Source: Candidatus Hydrogenedentota bacterium
GTDB taxonomy: Bacteria > Hydrogenedentota > Hydrogenedentia > Hydrogenedentales > SLHB01
Reading direction: 5' to 3'
DNA length: 27,393 nucleotides
NCBI GenBank assembly: GCA_034408725.1
Contig: JAWXCN010000041.1
Span: 1-27,393 of the forward strand
The notes under the pieces were generated by a model, which was not told the origin of the DNA, made no database searches, and saw only the letters and a list, made by a program, of their open reading frames with translations. Shown here in pieces: positions 17,929 to 27,277 of this stretch (its first letter is position 1; each line of letters begins with the position of its first letter). The position numbers and the translations under genes were made by a program.

Positions 17929-18717
17929 CTACGGATCCACACCTTCCTGTTTCTGCAACCACGTCACTGCTTCGACGGCGATTCCCGCGAGGTCTTCGTC
18001 GCGTTGCGTAGCGACGCTGAGAAAACCCGTATATCCGTTGTTGAGCAGGACCGAGATCAGTTCCTCGATGCGCGCATCTCCCTTTGAGAGTGGACGCTCT
18101 GCTCCGGGTTCGGTGATCGAGCCGCGCGCGGCGTCCCGCGCCTGGACATGGGCTATCTTGCGAACAACTGTGTCCAAGCCCGCGATCGGATCAAATCCGT
18201 GTGATACCAGGGCGGCGGGCTCATAGTTCACACGCAAACCTTCGCTGTTAACACTCGCGATGAGAACGGAGAGCCTTTCCACAGAGTCGTCCCCGGTAGT
18301 TAACGCGATGCGAATGTCGCGTTCGAGGGCATAATTCGCGAGGTCCCGAATCGCCCCCACAAACTCGACGTGGCGTTGCGTTCCGTCGGCGGGAGCTACC
18401 CCGGGATCGACGCAAACAACCGGGCAATGGAGATCCACGCTGAGATCAATGATCGAACGCGTGCGCGCGACGCGTTCGTCAACCGTCGCGGGGTCCGCGA
18501 ACCCCGAAAGTTCGCCGGAGATCGCTGGCAAATCGAACCCGAATGACTCGATGTAATCCACGAATTCCTCTCTGCCGCTGTCCGAAAGTTCACGCGGATC
18601 GAGTTCGGTGTCGACTACGCGCAGTTGAAGACCGTGTACACCGATTGCGAGCGAACGCTGAATATCTTTCTTGAGGCTCCCCGTACCGAGTGAGCCGAGC
18701 CGAATGGCGACTTTCAT
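17929..18717 (-). CDS. Sugar-phosphate isomerase/epimerase-like TIM barrel (AP_endonuc_2 / xylose isomerase-like), metal ligands apparently degenerate
   Basis: GVHGLQL, IIDLSVDLHCPVV, LRVNYEPAAL, IAHVQARD and ERPLSKGD...GYTGFLSV motif layout. Confidence 0.8.
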   Translation of the reverse strand: MKVAIRLGSLGTGSLKKDIQRSLAIGVHGLQLRVVDTELDPRELSDSGREEFVDYIESFGFDLPAISGELSGFADPATVDERVARTRSIIDLSVDLHCPVVCVDPGVAPADGTQRHVEFVGAIRDLANYALERDIRIALTTGDDSVERLSVLIASVNSEGLRVNYEPAALVSHGFDPIAGLDTVVRKIAHVQARDAARGSITEPGAERPLSKGDARIEELISVLLNNGYTGFLSVATQRDEDLAGIAVEAVTWLQKQEGVDP

Positions 18718-18902
18718 TGCTAAATAATCCTGAGTTGAAGAATGATTCGTGTCATGGAAGAAAACTAGTCAATACCTCATGGCAATAAGGCGTTCGGCGA
18801 TTTGTATCCGAAAGCCGGCCAACAACGCTTGATAAAAGTCGAATCACAGGATTCTCCCAATACCGATGAACGGCGTACAGTACCCGTCACGTTGGCCGCG
18901 GA

Positions 18903-20027
18903 TCAACGATCGAGCCAGTGGAGGCGGAAGTGCGCGAAGTAAATACTCTCGTAAGGTGTCTTCTCGCCGCGCTCGTATAGGCAACCGATCGTACCGTCGC
19001 TGAGTTCGGTAAGGTCCGAATAAGCCGATGGCCCTTCATGCAAAACTATTCCATTAGACCACGTTGCGCAGGCATCGTGGCTGATGCGCACGCTCATGCG
19101 TTCACGTTTTGTACTGGCGGGATTGCTGAACAAATACAACGGCGGGCCGCCTTCCAGATCAACGCGCAATGAACTTGCCTGGCATACGGGTTCAACCAGT
19201 GCTGATACTGGTTCAGGTTTACTCCACATTGCGCCACCGTCGTTGCTTAGCGCAACGTGACGCCGATTCTGCTTGTGATAGCTGCGCATATTTAGTGCAA
19301 GCGCGCCGTCCGGCAGCACAACCAGCGTCGATTCGTTGCAATAGCCCCCGGCGCTCCCGAGCGCGTTCCAGGTGATTCCATTGTCATCGCTGGCGATGAC
19401 ATGGGAAAACCATGTTGAGGGGTCCGGCAACAACGAATGATTGCTGGGAATGAGCAATCGGCCATTGTGTTGTTGAATTCCGTGACCGGGTCCAACGGCG
19501 TACCATCGCCAATCCGGTTGGCTCACTTGTTGGCTGATCTCATTCGGCGCGCTCCACGTCGCGCCGTCATCGGCCGAACGACTTACCCACACGGTACACG
19601 GCTGAGCAGCGCCGCCGAGAATTTCCGATTCAGTGTCATCGCCGGGATGTTTTGAGAACACCAGTACAATCGCGCCGGTTTCCTTATCTACCACGGGCGC
19701 GGGATTGTTACAGGAGTAAGTGCCGTCGTCGATAACAAGCTGCAAGGGTTGCCAGGTTTTGCCTTTGTCAAAGCTTCGCTTGAGGACCAAATCGATATCA
19801 CCGAAGTCGCTCGTGCTTTCGCGCCGGCCTTCGCAGAAAGCGACCAGTGTGCCATTCAGCGTCGTGATTATTGCGGGTATGCGGTAGGAGTGATAGCCGT
19901 CCGCGCCCGCGGTGAAGACCACGGCCTGCTTCACGTCATCGCGTTCTGCCGCGCCAATCAGCAGTACGCAGGCCATGGTGACTAAACAGACGGCAACAAA
20001 CGCGGGTGGATTGGTTTCTGTCTTCAT
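18903..20027 (-). CDS. Secreted sialidase family protein (GH33, BNR/Asp-box beta-propeller)
   Basis: Signal peptide, YRIPA motif, five Asp boxes (SFDKGKTW, SADDGATW, SDDNGITW, SNDGGAMW, SHDACATW), and NEST Glu, LNMR Arg and SAYSDL Tyr. Confidence 0.92.
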   Translation of the reverse strand: MKTETNPPAFVAVCLVTMACVLLIGAAERDDVKQAVVFTAGADGYHSYRIPAIITTLNGTLVAFCEGRRESTSDFGDIDLVLKRSFDKGKTWQPLQLVIDDGTYSCNNPAPVVDKETGAIVLVFSKHPGDDTESEILGGAAQPCTVWVSRSADDGATWSAPNEISQQVSQPDWRWYAVGPGHGIQQHNGRLLIPSNHSLLPDPSTWFSHVIASDDNGITWNALGSAGGYCNESTLVVLPDGALALNMRSYHKQNRRHVALSNDGGAMWSKPEPVSALVEPVCQASSLRVDLEGGPPLYLFSNPASTKRERMSVRISHDACATWSNGIVLHEGPSAYSDLTELSDGTIGCLYERGEKTPYESIYFAHFRLHWLDR

Positions 20028-20410
20028 GATCGGTCCAATTCCACTGTCGCGAGTTTTTGGGCGATTGCGGCAGTGACCACACCCATCGCCGCCAACGCCG
20101 TCATGAGCGCAATCAGAAGAATGATCACCTGCTGCTCCGCGAACGACGCCTTTCCCTCCCGAAGATTATCGAGTGTGATAAACAGAGCCATGTAAAAGAC
20201 CCCGAGCGTAAATGCCCACGCCGACGTGAGCACGTGCGTCCGAACGGGATTTCGTGATGCGACGAACCCATAGACAAGCGCAACCGCTATGGCATAGTCA
20301 ACAACCCATAGCGGCCACCACTGCCAGTTTCCCCAGTTTATTACCGCCTCCCCAATGGCCAAACCGATCGCAAACAACAGTGCCGTGTACCGCGTGTATG
20401 CCAGGACCAT
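20024..20410 (-). CDS. Hypothetical membrane protein with about four TM helices
   Basis: Four hydrophobic segments and a Trp-rich NWGNWQWWPLW loop. ATGA overlap with the sialidase start. Confidence 0.75.
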   Translation of the reverse strand: MVLAYTRYTALLFAIGLAIGEAVINWGNWQWWPLWVVDYAIAVALVYGFVASRNPVRTHVLTSAWAFTLGVFYMALFITLDNLREGKASFAEQQVIILLIALMTALAAMGVVTAAIAQKLATVELDRS

Positions 20411-20589
20411 GTTTCCGTTCCTTTGTTCGCGCGTAAGGCCTCATTTGCCCAATGCGCCGCACATCTCAGCAATCAGGGTAACATCTTTCAAAAAGCGCAA
20501 ACGTGCCCTGCCGTTCCAGCCCGTCATTTCGTAGACACACACTCAATAGGATAAAGTGTTCTGCGGGGTATTATGCAGCCGAGAACACC

Positions 20590-22440
20590 ATGACCAAACG
20601 CCAGCCTTTGCCACCAGTAGATGATCATTGTCCCGTGCCCATTTTGCGTATTGATACATCGGGCATGGTGTGCGCGTTCAATGCCGCGGCGCGGGACGCT
20701 TTCCACCTTCCGCCGAGCCGGCGGCGGCGCGCGGTATCGTTGTTGCCGGGACTGAAGGATACCCGCATCGCCGAGCATATCGCCGCTGGCGCGCACGCGG
20801 AGTTTTGCACGATTGCGGGCGGCAGTGTTTACCATGTCTGGATGATCGGAATGCCGCGCGACGACGTTGCGCAACTCTACTGCGTGCCCATTACCGATTT
20901 GCGCAATGCGCATGCCTCTGGTGCGCCGCTTAGCGCCGCGGACAGTTCGCGGAGAGGCGACGAGTTGCAACAACTCGTGCAGACCTACCAGCAACAATTG
21001 AAAGAACTCTCCTGCATCTACGGGTTGGCGGAGTCGCTTCGCACGCGCGAGTCCGTCGAAGACATCTGCGCGGACCTGGTGTCGCTCGTGCCGCCAGCCT
21101 GGCGGCGCCCGGACCTGGCGCGCGCGCGCATTGTGCTCGACGGCCGCGAATACGTCAGCCAGGAGTTCGAGGAAACGCGCTGGGGACAATCCGCCGCAGT
21201 CGTGGTGAATGGCCGCGCGCGCGGCATGGTGCAGGTCTATTACGTGCGCGAAGTGCCGGGCTCCCGCGAGCATGGTCCCTTTCTCGCCGCCGAGCGCAAA
21301 CTGTTAGACGCGGTAGCGCGGACGCTTGGCGAATCCATCGAGCGCCGCGAATTTGAATCGGATAACCGGCGCAAAGCGATCATCCTCGCGCAGGAACGCA
21401 ACCGGCTCGAAACGATCCTGCGGGGCATCGGCGAAGGCGTTGTCGTGACCGATACCAATGACATCGTCCTGATGATGAACGCGGCCGCAATGCAATTGTT
21501 GGGATTGCCGAACCGGGAACCGATCGCGGTGAATTTTCTGTCATTGCTGGATGACGCCACATTCCGCGATACGTGGCGCGCGACGGCGGGGAGTGGCGAG
21601 GATTTTGCGAAGCAGGACCTGCATATTGCCGAGCCCGCCGAGAAGACGCTGCAAGTGACGCGGTCGCGGATACCGGAACTCGTGCAGGGGGCGGATTGCT
21701 TCGTGACTATTTTTCACGATGTGACCAAGGACCGCGCGATTGATCAGATGAAGACGGATTTCGTGGCGGCGGTGTCGCACGAATTACGCACGCCGATGAC
21801 GTCGATCAAGGGATTCGTCCGCACGATCCTGCGCGACCCGAACATGCCGCAAAACTTGCGCGAACATTTCCTTACGATTATCGACGAAGAGACGGAACGG
21901 TTGACGCACCTGATCGAGGCGCTGCTCGAAATGGGCACGATCGAATCGGGCCGCGCCGTGCTGGACCTCGCGCCAGTCGATATCCGACGCACCGTGGATG
22001 GCATTGTGTCGTCGCTGATGCCCGCGATGCTGAACAAGCAGATCGAATTCGTGTGCGACGTTCCGAAGGACTTGCCGTCCCCCATCGCGGATGAAAAGCG
22101 CGTCTACACGATCATCTGCAACCTGCTCGAGAACGCGATCAAGTTTACGCCCAACGCTGGACGAATCACGTTCGCGGCACAGCGCGATGGCGATTTCATC
22201 GCGCTGTACGTCGCGGATACCGGAATCGGCGTGTCCGAGGAGAACCGCGCGCGCATTTTCGAGCGGTTCTACCAGGTGCGCGGCGGCAGCGAGAAGGCCC
22301 CCGGCGCGGGTTTGGGATTGTTCCTCGTCAAGGAAATGGTTACACTTCACGGGGGAACCGTTGACGTTGAGAGTGTACAGGGGAAAGGTACGACATTTCG
22401 CGTGCGCTTGCCATTGACGAGTACAAACCCGAGTGGATAG
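20590..22440 (+). CDS. Cytoplasmic PAS-GAF-like-PAS sensor histidine kinase
   Basis: H-box VSHELRTPMTSIKG, NLLENAIKF, DTGIGV, IFERFYQ and GAGLGL motifs. PAS segment IGEGVVVTD. GAF-like KELSCIY...PPAW...GPFLAAER segment. No TM helix seen. ATG 20590 preferred. Confidence 0.92.
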   Translation: MTKRQPLPPVDDHCPVPILRIDTSGMVCAFNAAARDAFHLPPSRRRRAVSLLPGLKDTRIAEHIAAGAHAEFCTIAGGSVYHVWMIGMPRDDVAQLYCVPITDLRNAHASGAPLSAADSSRRGDELQQLVQTYQQQLKELSCIYGLAESLRTRESVEDICADLVSLVPPAWRRPDLARARIVLDGREYVSQEFEETRWGQSAAVVVNGRARGMVQVYYVREVPGSREHGPFLAAERKLLDAVARTLGESIERREFESDNRRKAIILAQERNRLETILRGIGEGVVVTDTNDIVLMMNAAAMQLLGLPNREPIAVNFLSLLDDATFRDTWRATAGSGEDFAKQDLHIAEPAEKTLQVTRSRIPELVQGADCFVTIFHDVTKDRAIDQMKTDFVAAVSHELRTPMTSIKGFVRTILRDPNMPQNLREHFLTIIDEETERLTHLIEALLEMGTIESGRAVLDLAPVDIRRTVDGIVSSLMPAMLNKQIEFVCDVPKDLPSPIADEKRVYTIICNLLENAIKFTPNAGRITFAAQRDGDFIALYVADTGIGVSEENRARIFERFYQVRGGSEKAPGAGLGLFLVKEMVTLHGGTVDVESVQGKGTTFRVRLPLTSTNPSG

Positions 22441-23407
22441 CAACCCGGAAACCGCGATGCCCGCCGAACTACAGGAAGAGCCGCGGACGTATACCGTCCT
22501 CGTCGTCGAAGACGACGTTCACACGGCGGAATTGTTGTCGTATACCCTGTCGTCCGCGGGGTTCCAGGTGTTCACCGCCGCCAGCGGACCGGACGCGCTC
22601 AAGAAACTCGAGATAGTCACCGTCGATCTCATCGTGTCGGACGTCATGATGCCGCACATGGACGGTTTTGCGTTGCGCGAACGCATCGTAAATGATCCCA
22701 TCCTCAAAGACATTCCATTCGTTTTCCTGACGGCGAAAGGCACGTCGGAAGACCAGATTCGCGGGTTGTCATCGGGCGTCGACGAATACGTCACCAAGCC
22801 CTTTGATCCGCAGGTGTTGATCGCCCGCATCCACGCCGTGCTCCGGCGGCGCGAAAATTATTCGCGCGTGTCCCGTCTCGATCCGTTGACGGGACTGCTA
22901 AACCGGCAAACCCTTGAACGCGAGATCGAACGCGAACTCGCGCGCATCAAACGATACCCCGCGCAAGGTTCACTCGTGTTTCTCGATATCGACGGATTCA
23001 AACAGGTGAATGACGTCTACGGACATGCCGCGGGCGATCGCGCGCTCGTGCAACTGGCGGAGGCGCTGACAAACGACATTCGCAGTGTCGACCTCGTCGG
23101 CCGCTATGGCGGCGAAGAGTTTGTTCTGTACTTCCCCGAAACACCCGAAGCTGTCGGCGTCCGCATCGTCGAACGCATGATGGCCCAATTCCGCAATCTC
23201 ACCGAAGGCGAATCCAACGGCCCCCTCACCTTCAGTGCAGGCGTCGTTGAAGCTCCGCGCGACGGCGTCGAGTTCGGGGACCTCGTAGCCCGCTCGGACC
23301 AGGCCATGTACCAGGCCAAACGCGCCGGAAAAGCCCAGGTCATGCCGTGGCGCGAAAACATGACCACCAACGTGGAACATTTAAAGCTTCCGGACGCGGC
23401 GACCTGA
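22433..23407 (+). CDS. Response regulator diguanylate cyclase (REC-GGDEF); start may be ATG 22457
   Basis: REC motifs VVEDD...SDVMMP...LTAK...TKPF. DPLTGLLNR, DIDGFKQVND, I-site RSVD and active-site GGEEF. Confidence 0.95.
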   Translation: MDSNPETAMPAELQEEPRTYTVLVVEDDVHTAELLSYTLSSAGFQVFTAASGPDALKKLEIVTVDLIVSDVMMPHMDGFALRERIVNDPILKDIPFVFLTAKGTSEDQIRGLSSGVDEYVTKPFDPQVLIARIHAVLRRRENYSRVSRLDPLTGLLNRQTLEREIERELARIKRYPAQGSLVFLDIDGFKQVNDVYGHAAGDRALVQLAEALTNDIRSVDLVGRYGGEEFVLYFPETPEAVGVRIVERMMAQFRNLTEGESNGPLTFSAGVVEAPRDGVEFGDLVARSDQAMYQAKRAGKAQVMPWRENMTTNVEHLKLPDAAT

Positions 23408-23587
23408 TCTTCCTATATGGCCTTCGGTAGCAGTCCATATAAACCTATGAAGCACCTTCACCTGACGGCCAACAAATGCTGAATATTCCTACATGAGCTT
23501 GGCTGTTCGACTGACAGTGCCCGGCGCAACTTCTCAGTACGGTAAATGACATTGGTATGTGGTTTGCAAACTGTAGGAGAACGCAAC

Positions 23588-23989
23588 ATGTGGAAATTCA
23601 AGGTATTTGCCGGGCTGGCGGTGCTGCTCCTCGCGATTGGCTTCACCGTCGCGCCCGCCCTCGCAGGAAGCACGTGGGTCAAGACGCGGATTGGGTTGAA
23701 AGCGACAGACAACGAACTGCTTGCCTCGGGAAAGGTGGTTTACCGCGAAAAGGACCTCGGATTTCGCCGTAAGTTTAGTCTTGAGGTCGAAGACGTACTT
23801 TCGACCCCGGACGTGGAAGTGTTCGTCGACAACGTCAGCTTCGGTGTGATACCGCTCGTGGCCGGTGGCGGCGAAATGGAGTTGGATACACGAGACGGTG
23901 ACTCCGTACCGTTGATTATCGTCGGCTCGAAAATCCAGATCAGGAGCGAACCGGACGACGAAGTACTGCTCAAAGGCCGCAATAACTAG
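23588..23989 (+). CDS. Small secreted beta-rich hypothetical protein
   Basis: AGGAGA RBS 7 nt upstream of ATG 23588. Signal peptide MWKFKVFAGLAVLLLAIGFTVAPALA. Confidence 0.8.
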   Translation: MWKFKVFAGLAVLLLAIGFTVAPALAGSTWVKTRIGLKATDNELLASGKVVYREKDLGFRRKFSLEVEDVLSTPDVEVFVDNVSFGVIPLVAGGGEMELDTRDGDSVPLIIVGSKIQIRSEPDDEVLLKGRNN

Positions 23990-24011
23990 ATTGTGTATCC
24001 AAAAGTATGGT

Positions 24012-24050
24012 GTGGCGCCGGGCAATTTTACTTAAAACTGCCCGGCGCAC
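24012..24050. other. Strong hairpin downstream of the secreted hypothetical gene (terminator-like, no clear U-tract)
   Basis: GCGCCGGGCA-ATTTT...AAAAC-TGCCCGGCGC inverted repeat 22 nt after the stop. Confidence 0.55.
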
Positions 24051-24071
24051 TACGCTCTCCACAAGCAGTTC

Positions 24072-24262
24072 CTACCCAAAGTGGTCCTCCACCGAAAATC
24101 ACATCTTAACAAGTAGCCTATTTGGACTGCGGCGGCCCCCAAGGCGCCGCCATGGCTGTTTATCGCAGATGGTCCACCCTCCAACACGTGCACGCACGAA
24201 GTCTTCGCCCATAAACAGCCAAAGCGGTGTCTGCGCTACCCGCTCCGCCACCGCAGTCCAAA
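24072..24262. repeat. REP-like locus D: linker plus complete REPIN-like element
   Basis: 24116-24262 is a close copy of 13755-13900. 24072-24115 resembles the reverse complement of the locus A linker (CTACCCAAAGTGGTCCT). Confidence 0.9.
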
Positions 24263-24382
24263 GTCCTGCGGTGGCCGAATCCAGGACCTGATAGCAAAAT
24301 ATATGCTCCGCTTTCCCTGAACGGCGATCGGTTTCCTCATACTTTCGCAATCCTAAAATCCCGCCTTACATCCGGCCAATTC

Positions 24383-24412
24383 TTGATACTTCTTGCCCTC
24401 TTCGCGTACACT
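24383..24412 (+). promoter_or_regulatory. Possible sigma70 promoter for aceEF
   Basis: TTGATA-N18-TACACT upstream of aceE. Confidence 0.35.
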
Positions 24413-24537
24413 CTGGTCTTGTCTGCGCGGACGTTTTATTGCGTGCGCGTAAACGGTTGTTACCGCAACATGCATCTTTGTGGCGGTGTCTTTTGCGCCA
24501 CCCCGGAAGAACTTCTACGGGCGGGGCGTTGCCCTTT

Positions 24538-27258
24538 ATGGTGACGCTCGGACCCGCTACGAAAGGTCCCTTTACCGTGAAAACCGAAGCGCACGTAGTC
24601 AACGATTCCAGTGGCGTACACGAGGACGAAATCCGCGAGTGGATTCAGTCCCTGAACTATATCCTGGAGCATCAGGGCCCCGAACATGCCATTACGCTGA
24701 TCGAGCGGTTGCGGCAGCACGCCCAGGAACGGGGCGTTCGACTGCCGTTCAGCGCGAACACTCCCTATGTAAACACCATCGCCGTTGACGAGCAGCCCCA
24801 GTATCCGGGTAACCGCGATCTCGAACGCCGCATCAAAAGCATCATCCGGTGGAACGCGATGGCGATGGTCGTGCGGGCGAACCGCGAAGAGGTCGGCATC
24901 GGCGGGCATATCTCGACTTTCGCATCGGCCGCGACGTTGTACGAAGTTGGCTTTAACCATTTTTTCCGCGGTTCGGGCAAGGACCATACGGGCGACCAAA
25001 TTTATTTTCAGGGTCATGCAGCGCCGGGGATTTATTCGCGCGCGTTTCTGGAAGATCGACTGTCCCACGAGCAACTCGAAAACTTCCGCGCGGAACTACA
25101 GCCTGGCGGCGGTTTGTCGTCGTATCCGCACCCCTGGTTAATGCCGGACTTCTGGCAGTTCCCGACTGTGTCGATGGGTCTTGGCCCGATCATGGCGATC
25201 TATCAGGCGCGGTTTAACCGCTACCTTGAAGACCGCGGCCTGAAAAAAGACAACGGCAACAAGGTCTGGGCGTTTCTCGGCGACGGCGAGACGGACGAAC
25301 CTGAGTCGCTCGGCGCGATCACTTTGGCATCGCGTGAAAAGCTGGACAACCTCATCTTCGTCATCAATTGCAACTTGCAGCGGCTGGACGGCCCCGTGCG
25401 CGGCAACGGCAAGATCATCCAGGAACTCGAAGCGATTTTCCGCGGCGCGGGCTGGAACGTCATCAAGGTCATCTGGGGCGGAGACTGGGACCCGCTCCTC
25501 GAAAAGGACAAGGACGGCTGGCTGGCAGATCGCATGGGTGAGATTGTCGATGGCCAGTACCAGAAATACACAGTGGAATCCGGCAAATATATTCGCGAAC
25601 ATTTCTTCAAAAACGATCCGAAGCTGATGGCGATGGCGCGCACCATGACAGACGAGCAGCTTCGCAAGCTCAAACGCGGCGGCCACGATCCGGAAAAGGT
25701 GTTCGCGGCGTACCATGCGGCAGTGCTGCACAAGGGCCAGCCGACTGTGATTCTCGCGAAGACGATCAAGGGTTACGGACTTGGCGAAAGCGGTGAAGGC
25801 AAAAACATCACCCACCAGCAGAAGAAGTTGAACGAAGACGAATTGCGCGAGTTCCGCACGCGGTTCGGCATTCCCATCTCCGACGAAGACGTCGCGCTCG
25901 CGCCGTTTTACAAGCCGCCGGCGGACAGCCCCGAGGGCGTGTACCTTCAGGAACGGCGAAAAGAACTGGGCGGATACGTGCCCACGCGCGCGACGAAATG
26001 TGAACCGCTAAAAACGCCGGATATTTCGGTGTTCGAGGAGTTTCACAAAGGCAGCGACGACCGCGCATTGTCTACGACGATGGCGTTCGTTCGGATACTT
26101 TCAAAACTGTTGCGCGACAAGGACGTGGGCAAGCACATCGTACCAATCGTTCCCGACGAAGCGCGGACTTTCGGTATGGAGGCACTGTTCCGCCAGATTG
26201 GCATCTATTCGCACGTGGGCCAGCTCTATGAGCCGGTCGATTCCGACACGCTGATTTACTACAAAGAAGCCAAAGACGGTCAAATCCTGGAAGAAGGGAT
26301 CACCGAAGCGGGATCGATGTCGTCGTTCATCGCCGCCGGCACGGCCTACTCGACCCACGGCATACCGACAATTCCTTTTTTCATTTACTACTCGATGTTC
26401 GGAATGCAGCGAATCGGCGATTTGATTTGGGCCGCGGGCGATATGCGGTGCCGGGGGTTCCTCCTGGGCGCGACTGCGGGCCGCACGACGCTTGCAGGCG
26501 AAGGATTGCAGCATCAGGACGGTCACAGCCACGTGCTGGCGCTCCCGTTGCCGAATTTGATCGCGTACGACCCCTGTTTCGCTTACGAACTCGCGGTGAT
26601 CATCCGCGATGGTATGCGGCGCATGTATGAGGAACAAGAAAGCGTCTTTTACTACATCACTGTAGGCAATGAAAACTATCCGATGCTATCCATGCCGAGT
26701 GGCGCGGAAGAAGGCATCTTGCGCGGAATGTACAAACTTCGCGCGTCGCAGGCCAAGCATAAACTGAAAGCGACTGTGCTGGGCAGCGGCGCAATCCTGA
26801 ATGAAGCGCTTAAAGCGCAGGACCTGCTCGATAAACAGTTTGGCGTCGCCGTGGACGTGTGGAGCGTGACGAGCTACAAGGAACTTCAAAAGGACATGAT
26901 CGAAGCCGCGCGGTGGAACATGCTGAACCCCGCTGAAACACCGCGGGAGTCGTACGTCACCGAATGCCTGAAAAAAGAGGCCGGCCCCGTTATCGCCGCG
27001 TCGGATTATATGAAGGTGTTGCCCGAAAGCCTGGGCCAGGCAATCCCGCAGCGGCTTGTCGCGCTGGGCACGAACGGATTCGGACGTAGTGAATCGCGCA
27101 CGGCGTTGCGCGAATTTTTTGAAGTGGACGCGCGGTGGATCACCTATGCAACGCTGCACGGCCTCTACCTCGACGGCAAAATAAAGTTGGATGTCGTGCA
27201 GGGCGCGATGAAGACGCTCAACATTGATCCCAACAAACCGAATCCTTTGATCAGTTAA
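24538..27258 (+). CDS. aceE: Pyruvate dehydrogenase E1 component, homodimeric type; start ATG 24538 or GTG 24577
   Basis: TPYVNTI, GGHISTFAS, SSYPHP, FPTVSMGLGP, TPP motif GDGETDEPES...NCNLQRLDGPV, and GEGLQHQDGHS. Confidence 0.97.
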   Translation: MVTLGPATKGPFTVKTEAHVVNDSSGVHEDEIREWIQSLNYILEHQGPEHAITLIERLRQHAQERGVRLPFSANTPYVNTIAVDEQPQYPGNRDLERRIKSIIRWNAMAMVVRANREEVGIGGHISTFASAATLYEVGFNHFFRGSGKDHTGDQIYFQGHAAPGIYSRAFLEDRLSHEQLENFRAELQPGGGLSSYPHPWLMPDFWQFPTVSMGLGPIMAIYQARFNRYLEDRGLKKDNGNKVWAFLGDGETDEPESLGAITLASREKLDNLIFVINCNLQRLDGPVRGNGKIIQELEAIFRGAGWNVIKVIWGGDWDPLLEKDKDGWLADRMGEIVDGQYQKYTVESGKYIREHFFKNDPKLMAMARTMTDEQLRKLKRGGHDPEKVFAAYHAAVLHKGQPTVILAKTIKGYGLGESGEGKNITHQQKKLNEDELREFRTRFGIPISDEDVALAPFYKPPADSPEGVYLQERRKELGGYVPTRATKCEPLKTPDISVFEEFHKGSDDRALSTTMAFVRILSKLLRDKDVGKHIVPIVPDEARTFGMEALFRQIGIYSHVGQLYEPVDSDTLIYYKEAKDGQILEEGITEAGSMSSFIAAGTAYSTHGIPTIPFFIYYSMFGMQRIGDLIWAAGDMRCRGFLLGATAGRTTLAGEGLQHQDGHSHVLALPLPNLIAYDPCFAYELAVIIRDGMRRMYEEQESVFYYITVGNENYPMLSMPSGAEEGILRGMYKLRASQAKHKLKATVLGSGAILNEALKAQDLLDKQFGVAVDVWSVTSYKELQKDMIEAARWNMLNPAETPRESYVTECLKKEAGPVIAASDYMKVLPESLGQAIPQRLVALGTNGFGRSESRTALREFFEVDARWITYATLHGLYLDGKIKLDVVQGAMKTLNIDPNKPNPLIS

Positions 27259-27277
27259 CGCAGCCGGGACACTACAC

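Noticed and set aside
23408-23587. Possible c-di-GMP riboswitch downstream of the diguanylate cyclase
   Set aside because: I could not find the GEMM consensus, only a weak TATATGG/CCATATA hairpin. An Infernal/Rfam scan would settle it.
24012-24262. Possible integron attC site after the small secreted gene
   Set aside because: No RYYYAAC...GTTRRRY core pair bounds the hairpins, and there is no integrase or cassette array.
24439-24537. N-terminal extension of aceE from TTG 24439
   Set aside because: The Arg-rich extension does not resemble AceE. Homology-like sequence begins near EDEIREWIQSL, favouring ATG 24538 or GTG 24577.
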